Shown here piece by piece: positions 9,144 through 19,800 of a stretch of 64,000 nucleotides of DNA. The position numbers and the translations under genes were made by a program. This DNA comes from an uncultured Bacilli bacterium. Lineage in GTDB: Bacteria > Bacillota_I > Bacilli_A > RF39 > UBA660. The stretch covers positions 10,195 to 74,194 of the forward strand of contig CANRGA010000001.1 of assembly GCA_947630055.1 (NCBI GenBank), written 5' to 3'. How positions within the stretch are numbered: position 1 is the first letter of the stretch; each line of letters opens with the position of its first letter. The notes below the pieces were generated by a model. It saw nothing but the letters and a program-made list of their open reading frames with translations. It had not been told where the DNA came from and did no database searches.

Positions 9144-10049
9144 TTGCGAACATTACCAGAATTAATAATTATGATAGGACTTGCAATATTTGTTATCATA
9201 TATCGTAATAATCAAAATGGTAAGTCTTATAAAGAAGTTTTGAAAAAAGCTGAAGACATATACGACAAATATGCACCGTATTCTTTTAAAGTTGTAAGAG
9301 AAAAAAGTAAGGAATTAGGTCAAGAATATACTACAAAACAATATGTAATGCAAATAGTAATAATGGGTGGATTTGCTGCTTTAATTGGTTATTTCTATTT
9401 TTATAGTATTATTTGGGCTGCAGTATATGCAGTTGCAACAGTAGCATTTATTCCTTATTTAGCTTATTTACGTTGTCAAAGAGTATATAGTGAATTTATA
9501 TTTGAACAAATTCAAACATATACTACTAACGTTATTATGGAATTTAATACTACTCAAAGCTTTGTAAAAAGTTTAGAGGGTGTTAGAGATTCTGGTATAA
9601 TAGAAGAACCTGTACTTTCTGATATAAAAAAAATGATAGATTTATCTTACAAGAATGGTACAATTGATGAATCTATTGAATATTTCAATCAAAAGTATCC
9701 ATTTTATATGGTTAAAAATATGCATCAATTATTTTTACAAATAACCAAAGAAGGTGCAAAAGATGCGGGAGAATCATTAGAAAACATGTCAATGGATATC
9801 GATGCCCTAGTTGAAGGTGTTTATCGTGATCAAATGGATAGAAAAAATTTCCATAAAAGATTTATAACTTTTGCTGTAGTATTATTTTCTTTAGTTGTAG
9901 TAGTAGAATTTATGTTAGGTAAAGATAACTATATAGAACTTTTAGATATATGGTATGTTCAGTTAATATTACATGCTATTGTTTTAATAAATGTATATTT
10001 CTTGATAACAGGAGAGAAATATTATAATGAAGATGTGGGGGCTGAATAA
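9144..10049 (+). CDS. TadB-like (T2SS-F family) pilus platform membrane protein
   Basis: TM segments at the N- and C-termini flank a soluble helical domain. Position directly after the ATPase. TTG start after GGGAGGTG. Confidence 0.5.
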   Translation: MRTLPELIIMIGLAIFVIIYRNNQNGKSYKEVLKKAEDIYDKYAPYSFKVVREKSKELGQEYTTKQYVMQIVIMGGFAALIGYFYFYSIIWAAVYAVATVAFIPYLAYLRCQRVYSEFIFEQIQTYTTNVIMEFNTTQSFVKSLEGVRDSGIIEEPVLSDIKKMIDLSYKNGTIDESIEYFNQKYPFYMVKNMHQLFLQITKEGAKDAGESLENMSMDIDALVEGVYRDQMDRKNFHKRFITFAVVLFSLVVVVEFMLGKDNYIELLDIWYVQLILHAIVLINVYFLITGEKYYNEDVGAE

Positions 10050-10837
10050 TGCAAGTAGAAATAATTATTATTGGTATTCTAATCTTTGTTGTAATGACTT
10101 ATAATGGTCAAGTTAGTATTAAAGATTTAATTAGTGATAACTTTTATTTATTTAGAAAGTTAAAAGAAGACGATTGGGATTTTTATGTTAGTGCAAAATA
10201 TGGAGATAGTGTTTCATCTGATGCAATTTTTATGAAGAGAATTCGAAATGGTTTAATGGTAATTGTAATTAGTTTATTTTTCTTCATAAGACAACTTGAT
10301 GCTCTTTATATATTAATATCTTTTGTTTTAGGTTTCTTAGTATTTAAAATGGACTATATGAATATTAAATCTTATTATAAAACTCATATGTTTAAAATAG
10401 ATAGTATGTTACCTCACTATTTAAAAAGTATTGAAATATTAATTCAACACTATACAGTTCCAGTTGCTATTGGTAAATCAATAATTGATGCACCTGATAT
10501 ATTTAAAGATGGATTACAAGAAATGATTAATGAAATAAATTCAGGTGATGACTCAATTAACCCTTATATGAATTTTGCTAAAAAATATCCGGTAAGAGAT
10601 TCAATGCGTATGATGCGTCTTTTATATCGTTTAAGCTTAGGAAGTCAAGATCGTAAACAAGAACAAATGTTGATGTTTTCAAGAACAATATCTAATTTAC
10701 AACAAAAAGCTAGAGAGACGAAATATAAAAATAGACTTGATAAGATGGAAGGCAAAACAATGAATATGTTAATGTCAACTGGTTTTGGAGTAATGATCTT
10801 ATTAGTCCTAGCCGTATTACAAATGATGGATTTATAA
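10049..10837 (+). CDS. TadC-like (T2SS-F family) pilus platform membrane protein
   Basis: Same architecture as the preceding gene. TAATG stop/start overlap with the preceding gene. Confidence 0.5.
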   Translation: MQVEIIIIGILIFVVMTYNGQVSIKDLISDNFYLFRKLKEDDWDFYVSAKYGDSVSSDAIFMKRIRNGLMVIVISLFFFIRQLDALYILISFVLGFLVFKMDYMNIKSYYKTHMFKIDSMLPHYLKSIEILIQHYTVPVAIGKSIIDAPDIFKDGLQEMINEINSGDDSINPYMNFAKKYPVRDSMRMMRLLYRLSLGSQDRKQEQMLMFSRTISNLQQKARETKYKNRLDKMEGKTMNMLMSTGFGVMILLVLAVLQMMDL

Positions 10838-10860
10838 AATTCCTTTATAGGAATTTTTTA
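10837..10860 (+). terminator. Intrinsic terminator or attenuator after the tadC-like gene
   Basis: aaattcct-ttat-aggaattt followed by a T run. Confidence 0.55.
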
Positions 10861-10930
10861 TATTATTGCGTAAATTTATATAAAATTTTTAAAAATATTT
10901 ATTTTATTTGTCAAATATTATAAATATTAA

Positions 10931-10959
10931 TTGCTATTTTGTATTATTTTGGTTATAAT
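10931..10959 (+). promoter_or_regulatory. Promoter dedicated to the pilin genes
   Basis: TTGCTA, 17-nt spacer, TATAAT, followed by the strong RBS AAAGGAGG. Confidence 0.55.
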
Positions 10960-10990
10960 ATTTATAGATAATAAAGGAGGAATGTAATTT

Positions 10991-11269
10991 ATGAAAGAAG
11001 CAACAGGTGAATTAAATATGACAGTTGTAACAGTTGTAGCAATTGCAGCATTAGTAGCTTTCTTTTATTTAGTAATATGGCCAACTATTAAAACAGGTAT
11101 GGCATTAAACTCTGCTTGTAGTACATATGCATCAACTGGTGGTACAGTTACTTTAGATGATGGTGGTACTATTGTATGTACAAAGAAAACTGCAACAACA
11201 ACGGCAACATGTACTTACAATCCATCTGCAACCGAAGGTGGAAAACCACAAACTAAAAACTGTGAATAA
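10991..11269 (+). CDS. Small pilin-like protein (candidate major pilin 1)
   Basis: MKEATG|ELNMTVVTVVAIAALVAFFYLVIW: short charged leader ending in Gly, then a hydrophobic helix. Small Cys-containing globular tail. Confidence 0.55.
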   Translation: MKEATGELNMTVVTVVAIAALVAFFYLVIWPTIKTGMALNSACSTYASTGGTVTLDDGGTIVCTKKTATTTATCTYNPSATEGGKPQTKNCE

Positions 11270-11285
11270 TAGTGAGTAGTAATAT

Positions 11286-11552
11286 ATGAAAGAGACAACA
11301 GGTGAATTAAACGCTACTGTAGCAGTTATGTTAGCTATTGGTGTTTTAATAGCTTTTTTTTACTATACTTTGTGGCCACTTATTAAAAATAATTTCGATA
11401 AAAATTCTCAATGTAGTAAAGCTATATGTGAAAAATGCGATTTAAATGGTGATGGAAAAGCAGATGTTGGATGCGAAACAGTAACTTGTTATCCAAAAGG
11501 TGAAGAACATCAACCTGGTGTAAATGACTTTCAATGTGTCTATAAAGGTTAA
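11286..11552 (+). CDS. Small pilin-like protein (candidate major pilin 2, paralog)
   Basis: MKETTG|ELNATVAVMLAIGVLIAFFYYTLW; Cys-rich tail (six Cys). Confidence 0.55.
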   Translation: MKETTGELNATVAVMLAIGVLIAFFYYTLWPLIKNNFDKNSQCSKAICEKCDLNGDGKADVGCETVTCYPKGEEHQPGVNDFQCVYKG

Positions 11553-11566
11553 GGAAGTGGAATAAA

Positions 11567-12079
11567 ATGCGGGAAGCAATTGGAGGAATATCCATATTTC
11601 AAATAGTTATATTTTTTATATTGTTATTTACAGGGGTTATGTGCTTAACTATTAATCACTCTAAAGCTTTTGGCGTTAAAGATGAAATAATAACAATAAT
11701 AGAAAATGAACCATTAGGAAGTACTTCTACTTCTTCTTTTGGTTTGAGTGAAAGTACAATGGATAAAATTGCTGAGCATTTAAAAGATGCTGGATATAGA
11801 ATTACTGGTAATTGTCCGAATGGATATCAAGGATATAATCGGGAAGGAAATCCCACTAATAATGATGCATCATTTTGTATAAAAGCTAATAAGGTAGAAG
11901 ATAAATTTTATAAAGATGCTAGAGAAAAATGTACTGGCAATAAATGTGTTGTTACAACTGGTGATTTTCCAAATATGGTATACTACGATATAGTATTATT
12001 TTTCCAATTAGACATTCCATTTGTTAAAGATTTATTTGAATTTAATGTAATGGGTTCTACTAAGACTATATTTGGATAG
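11567..12079 (+). CDS. TadE/pseudopilin-like minor pilin candidate
   Basis: MREAIG|GISIFQIVIFFILLFTGVM leader plus helix; ~140-aa Cys-containing ectodomain. Confidence 0.45.
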   Translation: MREAIGGISIFQIVIFFILLFTGVMCLTINHSKAFGVKDEIITIIENEPLGSTSTSSFGLSESTMDKIAEHLKDAGYRITGNCPNGYQGYNREGNPTNNDASFCIKANKVEDKFYKDAREKCTGNKCVVTTGDFPNMVYYDIVLFFQLDIPFVKDLFEFNVMGSTKTIFG

Positions 12080-12089
12080 GTGATATAAA

Positions 12090-12551
12090 ATGCGCGAATC
12101 AATAGGAACTCAAACAATTTTTAAAGCTGTCTTGATTTTCACTTTTTTATTTTCTGGCTTTATTGCAGTTGCAATAACATATAATAAAGCCTTTAAATTA
12201 AAAAATGAGACTATTAATATTTTAGAAAAATATGAAGGCGTTAATAAACAATCTTTAACTATCATTAATAACTATTTGAATCAAAATGGTTATTCTACTA
12301 AAAATCCTTGTGATACCACTGAATATGGAGTAGCAGATTTAAAAAATCCAACATATGAAAAAAGTAATCCTAATAGTAGGTATTATTATTGTCTTTCTTC
12401 TGAGGTAAAAAATAATCAAATATTTTATGGTATTAAATTATTTTCAAGATTTAATTTACCTATAATTGGAGATTTATTCTATTTTAGAGTTACTGGAGAG
12501 ACAAAAGGTATTAAATTATATGATAATAAACAAAGATTAGAAAATAATTAG
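12090..12551 (+). CDS. TadE/pseudopilin-like minor pilin candidate (paralog)
   Basis: MRESIG|TQTIFKAVLIFTFLFSGFI. The C-terminal motif (FNLPIIGDLFYFRVTGETK) parallels the preceding ORF (LDIPFVKDLFEFNVMGSTK). Confidence 0.45.
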   Translation: MRESIGTQTIFKAVLIFTFLFSGFIAVAITYNKAFKLKNETINILEKYEGVNKQSLTIINNYLNQNGYSTKNPCDTTEYGVADLKNPTYEKSNPNSRYYYCLSSEVKNNQIFYGIKLFSRFNLPIIGDLFYFRVTGETKGIKLYDNKQRLENN

Positions 12552-12563
12552 GGAGATGTGAAT

Positions 12564-13544
12564 ATGAATGTAATAGTATCAAATAAATATCAATCATTAC
12601 TAGGAACACTAGAAATAGATGTAATTAAAACAATTAATGGTGAATTTACGGTTCAAGATTTGGTAAATCAATTTAATAATTTTTTCTTTAATAAAATGAT
12701 AATTGATATAACTGCTATTAAAAATTATGAAAATATTAATATAATGCGGGAATTATCATTGAATTTTGAAATGGATAAAATAATTATCTTGTTAGATGAT
12801 TCACCAAGTGTAAATTCAGCAAATTATTTATCTCAATTGGTATCTTTTGGTATTTATAATTTTACAAGAAGTGTAGATGCTATTCCATTTTTAATAGATA
12901 ATCCAAATTCTTATAAAGATGTAGCGGCATATCAAAATTTAAATCCAGATACTAATTTGGACAGTAAAAAAGTTAAAGAAATTGCTCCTGTTAAAATGGA
13001 GCAAAGAGTAATTGGCTTTAAGAATGTTACTGAACATGCAGGAGCTACTACTTTAATATATATGTTAAAAAAGCATTTACAAAGTGAATATAAAGTTAAA
13101 GCAATTGAAGTAAATGCAACCGATTTTGAAAATTTTAATGATAAATCACTTGAAAGTGCTGATTTTATGAATATTTCAATAAAATTAGCAAATAATAGTG
13201 ATGCCGATGTTATTTTAGTGGATTTAAATGATGGTCCAGAAACAATTTGTACCGAAATTATTTATCTAATTGAACCAGGTATTTTAAAATTAAATAAATT
13301 AATTAGGAATGATCGAAAAATATTTGAAAAATTAAAGAATAAAAAAATCGTTTTAAATAGAAGTGTTTTAAACGATAAAGATGTTCATGATTTTGAATAT
13401 GAAAGTGGTAGTAAAATATTCTTTAATATTCCAAGTTTAGATGAAAAATTAGATAATAATAAAAAAATAATTGAATTTTTAATTGCTTTAGGATTTTCTA
13501 GATTAGATGTAGAAAATAATAATAAAAAATTTGGTATTTTATAA
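12564..13544 (+). CDS. TadZ/CpaE-like protein (receiver-like N-domain + ParA/MinD-like domain with degenerate P-loop)
   Basis: The position where KGGxGKT(T) is expected reads FKNVTEHAGATTL. Overall ParA-like layout and last-gene position in the tad-like operon. ATG at 12564 is preferred (RBS GGGAG). Confidence 0.4.
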   Translation: MNVIVSNKYQSLLGTLEIDVIKTINGEFTVQDLVNQFNNFFFNKMIIDITAIKNYENINIMRELSLNFEMDKIIILLDDSPSVNSANYLSQLVSFGIYNFTRSVDAIPFLIDNPNSYKDVAAYQNLNPDTNLDSKKVKEIAPVKMEQRVIGFKNVTEHAGATTLIYMLKKHLQSEYKVKAIEVNATDFENFNDKSLESADFMNISIKLANNSDADVILVDLNDGPETICTEIIYLIEPGILKLNKLIRNDRKIFEKLKNKKIVLNRSVLNDKDVHDFEYESGSKIFFNIPSLDEKLDNNKKIIEFLIALGFSRLDVENNNKKFGIL

Positions 13545-13558
13545 TAAGTAAGATAAAG

Positions 13559-13582
13559 TCTCTAGTAATAGAGATTTTTTTT
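13559..13582 (+). terminator. Intrinsic terminator of the pilus operon
   Basis: tctcta-gtaa-tagaga followed by eight T. Confidence 0.6.
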
Positions 13583-13589
13583 ATTGTAT

Positions 13590-13735
13590 AGTAAAGTTTA
13601 AAAGTTCAACAGTGTTGAACGAATTAAGGTGGTCTCATTATTTAAAATTAATAAAGATAGATAATGAAATTAAAAGAAGACAAAAATTTCATTAAAGATC
13701 CATATGTATTAGAATTTTTAGATATAAAAGAAAAA
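13590..13735 (+). pseudogene. Highly decayed DUF1016/YhcG remnant
   Basis: Reads ..STVLNELRWSHYLKLIKIDNEIKRRQKFH*, then IKDPYVLEFLDIKEKY. These match the ..LRQLMWSHIIELLSIKNENERNYY.. and MIKDPII.. segments of the intact copies. Confidence 0.55.
13604..13620. repeat. Palindrome inside the DUF1016 remnant
   Basis: gttcaaca-g-tgttgaac, at the same relative position (just before the ..W-S-H codons) as in the other copies. Confidence 0.85.
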
Positions 13736-13800
13736 TACTGGATAATTTTGCTATATTGTGGTATTATATGAAACAATTGATTTTGAAGGGGTGTTTTGTT

Positions 13801-16800
13801 ATGAAATACGCAAAATATAAGTATATATTTATGTTATTTTTAGTGATCATTTTTTTACCATTTAAAGTTATGGCCAAAAATATTAATTTAGATATTGATA
13901 AATATGATTTAACTATTGGTGATGAAATAACAGTAAGTGTTAGTTTACCAGATGAAATAAAAGCTTATGCAGTTATGGCAACTTTTACTTATGATGAAAA
14001 TGTTTTTACTAAAATAGATATTGATGATTTTTCTATTTTAAATAAAAATTTAAATATTTCTTATAATGATAATACTAAAAAATTTGGTTTAATAAACGAA
14101 ACAGGTAAATTAGATAATGAATTATTTCAAGTTCATTTAAAAGTAAAGGAAAATGCTAATGTTGGCGATACTAATATAGCTTTAACAAATATAGTAGTGT
14201 CTGATGGAACAAAGAAAGAAGAATATAATAAGACTATTAAAACTATTTTAGTTACAAGAGATGCTAAGCCTGGTGAAGAAATACCTATTAATAAATCTAA
14301 TAAAGTAGAAGAAAGTAAAGAAATTGAAACTAAAGTATTTACATCTAAGCCGTTTATGATTACTTTAGGTATAAGTGCTATTGTAATTTTAGGATTAGTG
14401 ATTTATATTACCTTATTTAAAAAAGATAAAAAGACTTTAAAAAATATTCTTGTTGGTTGTGCAACTATTTTAACCATTTCTTTTGTAGTTATATATATAT
14501 TTAATATTAATAAAAGAGATGTTAATAATGATGGAGTTAAAGATTACAATGATGCAAAAGAAATACTTAAATATCTTTTAGATATTACAGGTACTGAAGA
14601 AATTGATAATAATAAAAATACTTCTAATAAAAAACCAAGTATTAACCCAAATAATAAATATGATGTTAATAATGATGGTAAAATTGATATAAATGATGTT
14701 GGTAATAATACGGAAAATGTTACTGAAAATACAAAAGTGATTTTAAAAGAAAAGAACGATAATAAAGATTTTTATGTCAAAAAAGGTGATATTACTTTAA
14801 AATTTACTGCAGAAATTACACCTAAAAATGTAACAATAACTAAAGTAAAAATTAATAATAAATATTATGATGTTATCAATAATAATGGCGAATATTCTGT
14901 TACTATAGAGTCTAATAAAGCAGGTAAATACGAATTTGCTATTACTAGTGTTATTTTATCTAATGGCAAAGAAATAAATGTTAAACTTAAATTTGTAAGA
15001 GAAGTTTTAAAAGTTACTCCTTATGTTAATAAATTTAATTTAAATGATGAAAAAGGTTCTTTAAGTTTTGAACTAGTAGATCCAGAAGATGCTTTTATTA
15101 GTGGTGAAGTTACTGTTTATGATGGTGAAAAAGTAATTGTCAAAGAAAATGTTAAAAGTACAACTAAAATTAATGATATTCCTATTGATGAAGATAAAAT
15201 TTATCGTTTAGAAGTAATGGGAGAATATGATTTAGATAGCAATAAAAATGATGATAATAATCATTTTACTAATCAAACTATGTTTAACCATTCCTTTATG
15301 ATAGGGGGAGATTATAACTTCACTTTAACTGATGTAGGAATTACAGATGCGATTAAAAAGGGTGAAAAGCCAGTTATAAGTTTTAAAAGTACAAATACTA
15401 AAGGAGTGACTGTTGAAAATGCTTCTTTAACTATTGGAAATAAAACTAATAATTATGTCATTAGTAAAATAGATGGTGATAATTATGAAGTTATTTTAGA
15501 AGATGCTGATACATCTGTAGGTAAACATAAAGTAAATTTAGATAGTGTTAGATTAAAATCTTTAAAGACGTTTAATAATAAAAAAGACTATGATGCTAAT
15601 ACACTAACTTATACTGTGTTAAAAGATTCGCCAAAAGTAACTAGTTTGAATGTAGAAGAAGATTCCGAAAATAAAAGTATTATTGCTAAATTTAGTATAA
15701 ATGATGAAAGTAGTGCTATTAGTAGTTTAAAAGTTGTTTTAGTAGATTCAACTGGAGCAGTTATTGCATCACAAATTTTAACAAGAGAAGAATACTTAGA
15801 AAAAGGTGAAGTATCACTATCTTATGATGGTAGTACAGATGGTAATTATAAAGTTAAAATTTTAGCTGATTATGCCCTAAGTGATCAATATAACTATACT
15901 GATAAACCAATTGGGGAAGAAGCAATTACAGTTAATACTGGTGTATATATTGAAGCTATTGAATATGTTGAAACAAAACAAAATAATCGTGTTATTGATA
16001 GTGGTAAATTTGCTAGTAAAGGCCAAAAAATGTATCGAATGAACTTTATCGTTCATACCAAAGGAATAAGATCATATTCACGTCTTTCATCTATTACGAT
16101 TAATGGTTTAAATTATATTGCTAATGGTGGAGCATCTGCCATAGAAAATGCTGAAGGTGAATATAGATATACCTCAACTGTTGCTATTACTGTGCCAAAA
16201 GAAGCAGGTATTATGACAATTACTGCTAATCGTGTTCAATTAGAAGTTAATAGTTATAATTACAAGGTTAATCAATTTTATCATGTTCCAGATGTATCTA
16301 AAGAATATGAAGTATTAAAAGATATTCCAAGTATTGCTAATTTAAAAATACAAAAAGAAGATTATGAAGCAAAAGAAGTTACTTTTAATTTTGATGTTAT
16401 CGACAAAGAAGATTCATTTATAAGTGGTAAATTAGAATTAAATGGTAAGAGTGAAGAGATAAATAAAGGTAATAATACAGTTACTTTTACTGGTATTGAA
16501 ACTGATAAAGTTCATGATTTGATTTTTAAAGCTGATTATAAATTAAGTACTGGTGAAATTGAAGATCCAATTAATCAAACAGAAAAAAGTAATGCGGAAA
16601 TATATAAAGTTAAATATGGTTTATATAAAGAAGATACTTATAATGATATTAAGATAAGTGAAATTACTCCAGTTAGTGAAAAGAACAATAAATATTTTGA
16701 AAAAAACGAAGATATTAAATTAAATCTTATTATTGTAGGCATTCCCGAGTATTTAAATGTTTATCCAGAAAGAGTTATTATTAATGATAAAGAATATGAT

Positions 16801-19800
16801 TCAAAAGCTTTAATGACTTGTCATGAAGTAACTTTAAAGGGTTATACTTCATCTGGTGAAAAAGAACTTAAAGTTAGTGCCATCATTTTAAATAATGGTA
16901 AAGTTATAACTTTAGATAAAGAAGTAACTATTGAAGTATTAAAAGATATACCAAAAATAACTGATTATAAATATTCTATTAATGATAATAGTATTAAAAT
17001 TACTTTAGCTAATAAAGATAGTGATTCATCTTTAGATGGTGATTTACAAGTTAAAGTTACTGATGATACAGGGAAAGAACTTTATAATAGTAAATATCAA
17101 GAGACAATTGAGTTTAAAAAGAATAAAGATGCTTTAAGATATTATATTTCTGTTATAGGTAGTTATGATAGAGATATTGATAAACAAGAAGATAGTGAAA
17201 ACTATAATAAAGATATTAAATTATTAGATGAAACTATTTCTCTAGATAAAAATAATATTGAATTAAAAGATATTACTTATATAACCTTATATAAAGAAGA
17301 AAATGATAAAATATTAGAGATTAGAGAAATAACTAAAGAAGAATTAGAACAAAATATTGAAAAATATTTTGTCGAAGTTAATATGGAAAATATGCCTTCT
17401 GTTTATGCTAAACTTAAAAAAGTTACTATTGAAGATAATCATTTAATGCTAATTTTAGATTATGAATATGTAACTAAAGAAGAAAGTAAATCTAAAGAAA
17501 TCAAAGTTGATTATGGGGCTATAATTAATGGTAAAGCAAAAAATGAAACTAATCCATTAAATGAATTTAATATCTTAAAAGAAAGAATTAAAAATAATGA
17601 ACATATCATTTTAACTCATGATTATGATTTAAAAGATATTGAAGTTACTACAAGTTATTATTTTGAAAACTTTAGTGGTTCAATTGATGGTAATGGTCAT
17701 AAAATAACTAATTTAAGTAAACAATTATTTAATGAACTTAGTAATGCGGAAATTAAAAATTTAATAGTAGAAAATGCTAATATAAGTGGTGCTGTTCGTG
17801 GTATTTTAGCCGATAAAGGTACAGATGTAGTAATTAATAATGTTCATTTATATAATGGTAATATTAAAGCTAATCTTGTTACTAATGGAACTGGTATTAT
17901 GTTTGGTGAAACAAGAAATAGTATAGAAATATCAAATTCATCAATTGTAAATAGTTCAGTTAGTGGTGGCAAAAGAACTGGTGGCTTTATTGGTCAAGCT
18001 TATAATAAAACAACGATTACTAATAGTTATATCAATGATAGTAGTGTAACTGGTAATAATGACGCTATTGGTGGCATTATTGGCGAAGTAAGTAGTGCTA
18101 ATAATGTTTCTATGACTAATTGTTATAGTAAAGTTACTATGGATGGTGGTGCTGGTAATGCTAAAGCTGGTATTTTAGGCTATACTAATAGTAGCGGTGC
18201 AACTAAATTAATTAATAGTTTAAGTATGTCTCAAGGAAATAGTGGTACGAGAGTATATGGTAATGGTATCTCTGCTACTAATGTCTATGAGTTAAAAGAA
18301 TCTACTATGAGATCGCAAGCTGGTGGCCAAATTAAAGAAATAACTGGTAATGATATTAATAAAGAATTCTTTATTAATTCATTAAATTGGGATGAAGAAG
18401 TGTGGAATTTAGATAATGTATCAGCTGATGTACCTCCTATTTTAAAAGGCGAAAAATTTGAGCCTGTGAAAAGCCCAATAGAAGCTGAAGATGGTTATGA
18501 TCCAAATAAAAGAATACTTTATAATAACTTAATGAAATTAATGCCTTTCTATGATAGTGAAAAAATAGTTAGAACTGGTATGCATATTACTGATAATAAT
18601 TTACTTAATAAAGAAATTCAACATATTGTGCCAATTGATAATAAAGGAAGTATTGTTACATATTTAACAAGTGATAATTTAAAGAAAATAAGTAAGATAA
18701 AAGTAGTATATAAAACGAAAGAAAAAGTTACTTATGATGTAAAATTTGATAATACTTATGATATGGTAGCAAGTTATCGTATACCTGATTTAAATATCGA
18801 TTATACTTATAACCATTATATTATTGATGCTAACTCTCAAGTAGTAAATAATATAACTAATTATTTAAAAGATTTAAGTTATACAAATAATTTAGATACT
18901 TTAACTGCTACTAAAGATAGTAGAATATTAAGAGATTTCTATAATGATGTTACTAGTAAAGAATTAAAAGAATTTACTTTAAAATATTTATCTAATAGTA
19001 ATTATACTAATACCACTAACAATGATAGTATTAATAGTCATTTGGAAAGTGAAATTAAAAAAGATAAAAAAATTGAAAAAGTATTATATATGTATAATTA
19101 CTTTAGAAGATTCTATGATGTTGAAATAGATGGTATGAAATTATATGATTTTATGCTATTTAACATGAATGGTTTTGATGAATCATTAACAAGCCAAATG
19201 ATAGCCCGTATTTATTTACAAGATGGTAATAACTTTAACACTGGTTCAACTGGTACTAAATATCGTGATTTACTAGGGGGTTATACTAAACTTAATACTA
19301 TTGCCAAATTCATCGAATATATGGTAACTGAATTTAGTAATGATAATATGAATGATTGGGTAAGGAAAGAATTTGCAGGTTACTTAGTAGAAATTCCAGT
19401 TAAAGGTCATGAAAAAGACATTCAATATACTTTATGGGATCACTTTAGTAATGAAGATGCTGTTTATAATAATCCACATAGAGCATATGATATGATGTTA
19501 CCAATTTTAACATTGCCAAAGAATGCAGCTTATATAATTTCTACGCCAGTTCAATTTATCATCGGGGCGCAAAGAAGTTATATTGAAGATCCAGAAGATC
19601 CTACTTCTCAAAGTATTTTCCAAAGAAGAGTTAAAAGCTACGCTAAGAGAATGGAAACTTATTTTGATACAGCTTATAAAATTTTAGGCGATGCAAAATA
19701 CTTTAATGATATTCATACTTTCCAACTTGATAAAAGATTTGCTTATGATGAAAATGGCGCAATGGTATATCAACAAGCCTATGTTACAGAGGAGCCATTC

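Noticed and set aside
13756-13800. Track start of the giant protease ORF at 13756 (MWYYMKQLILKGCFV..)
   Set aside because: The ATG at 13801 is preceded by GAAGGGG at proper spacing and yields a canonical signal peptide. The upstream extension overlaps the DUF1016 remnant tail.
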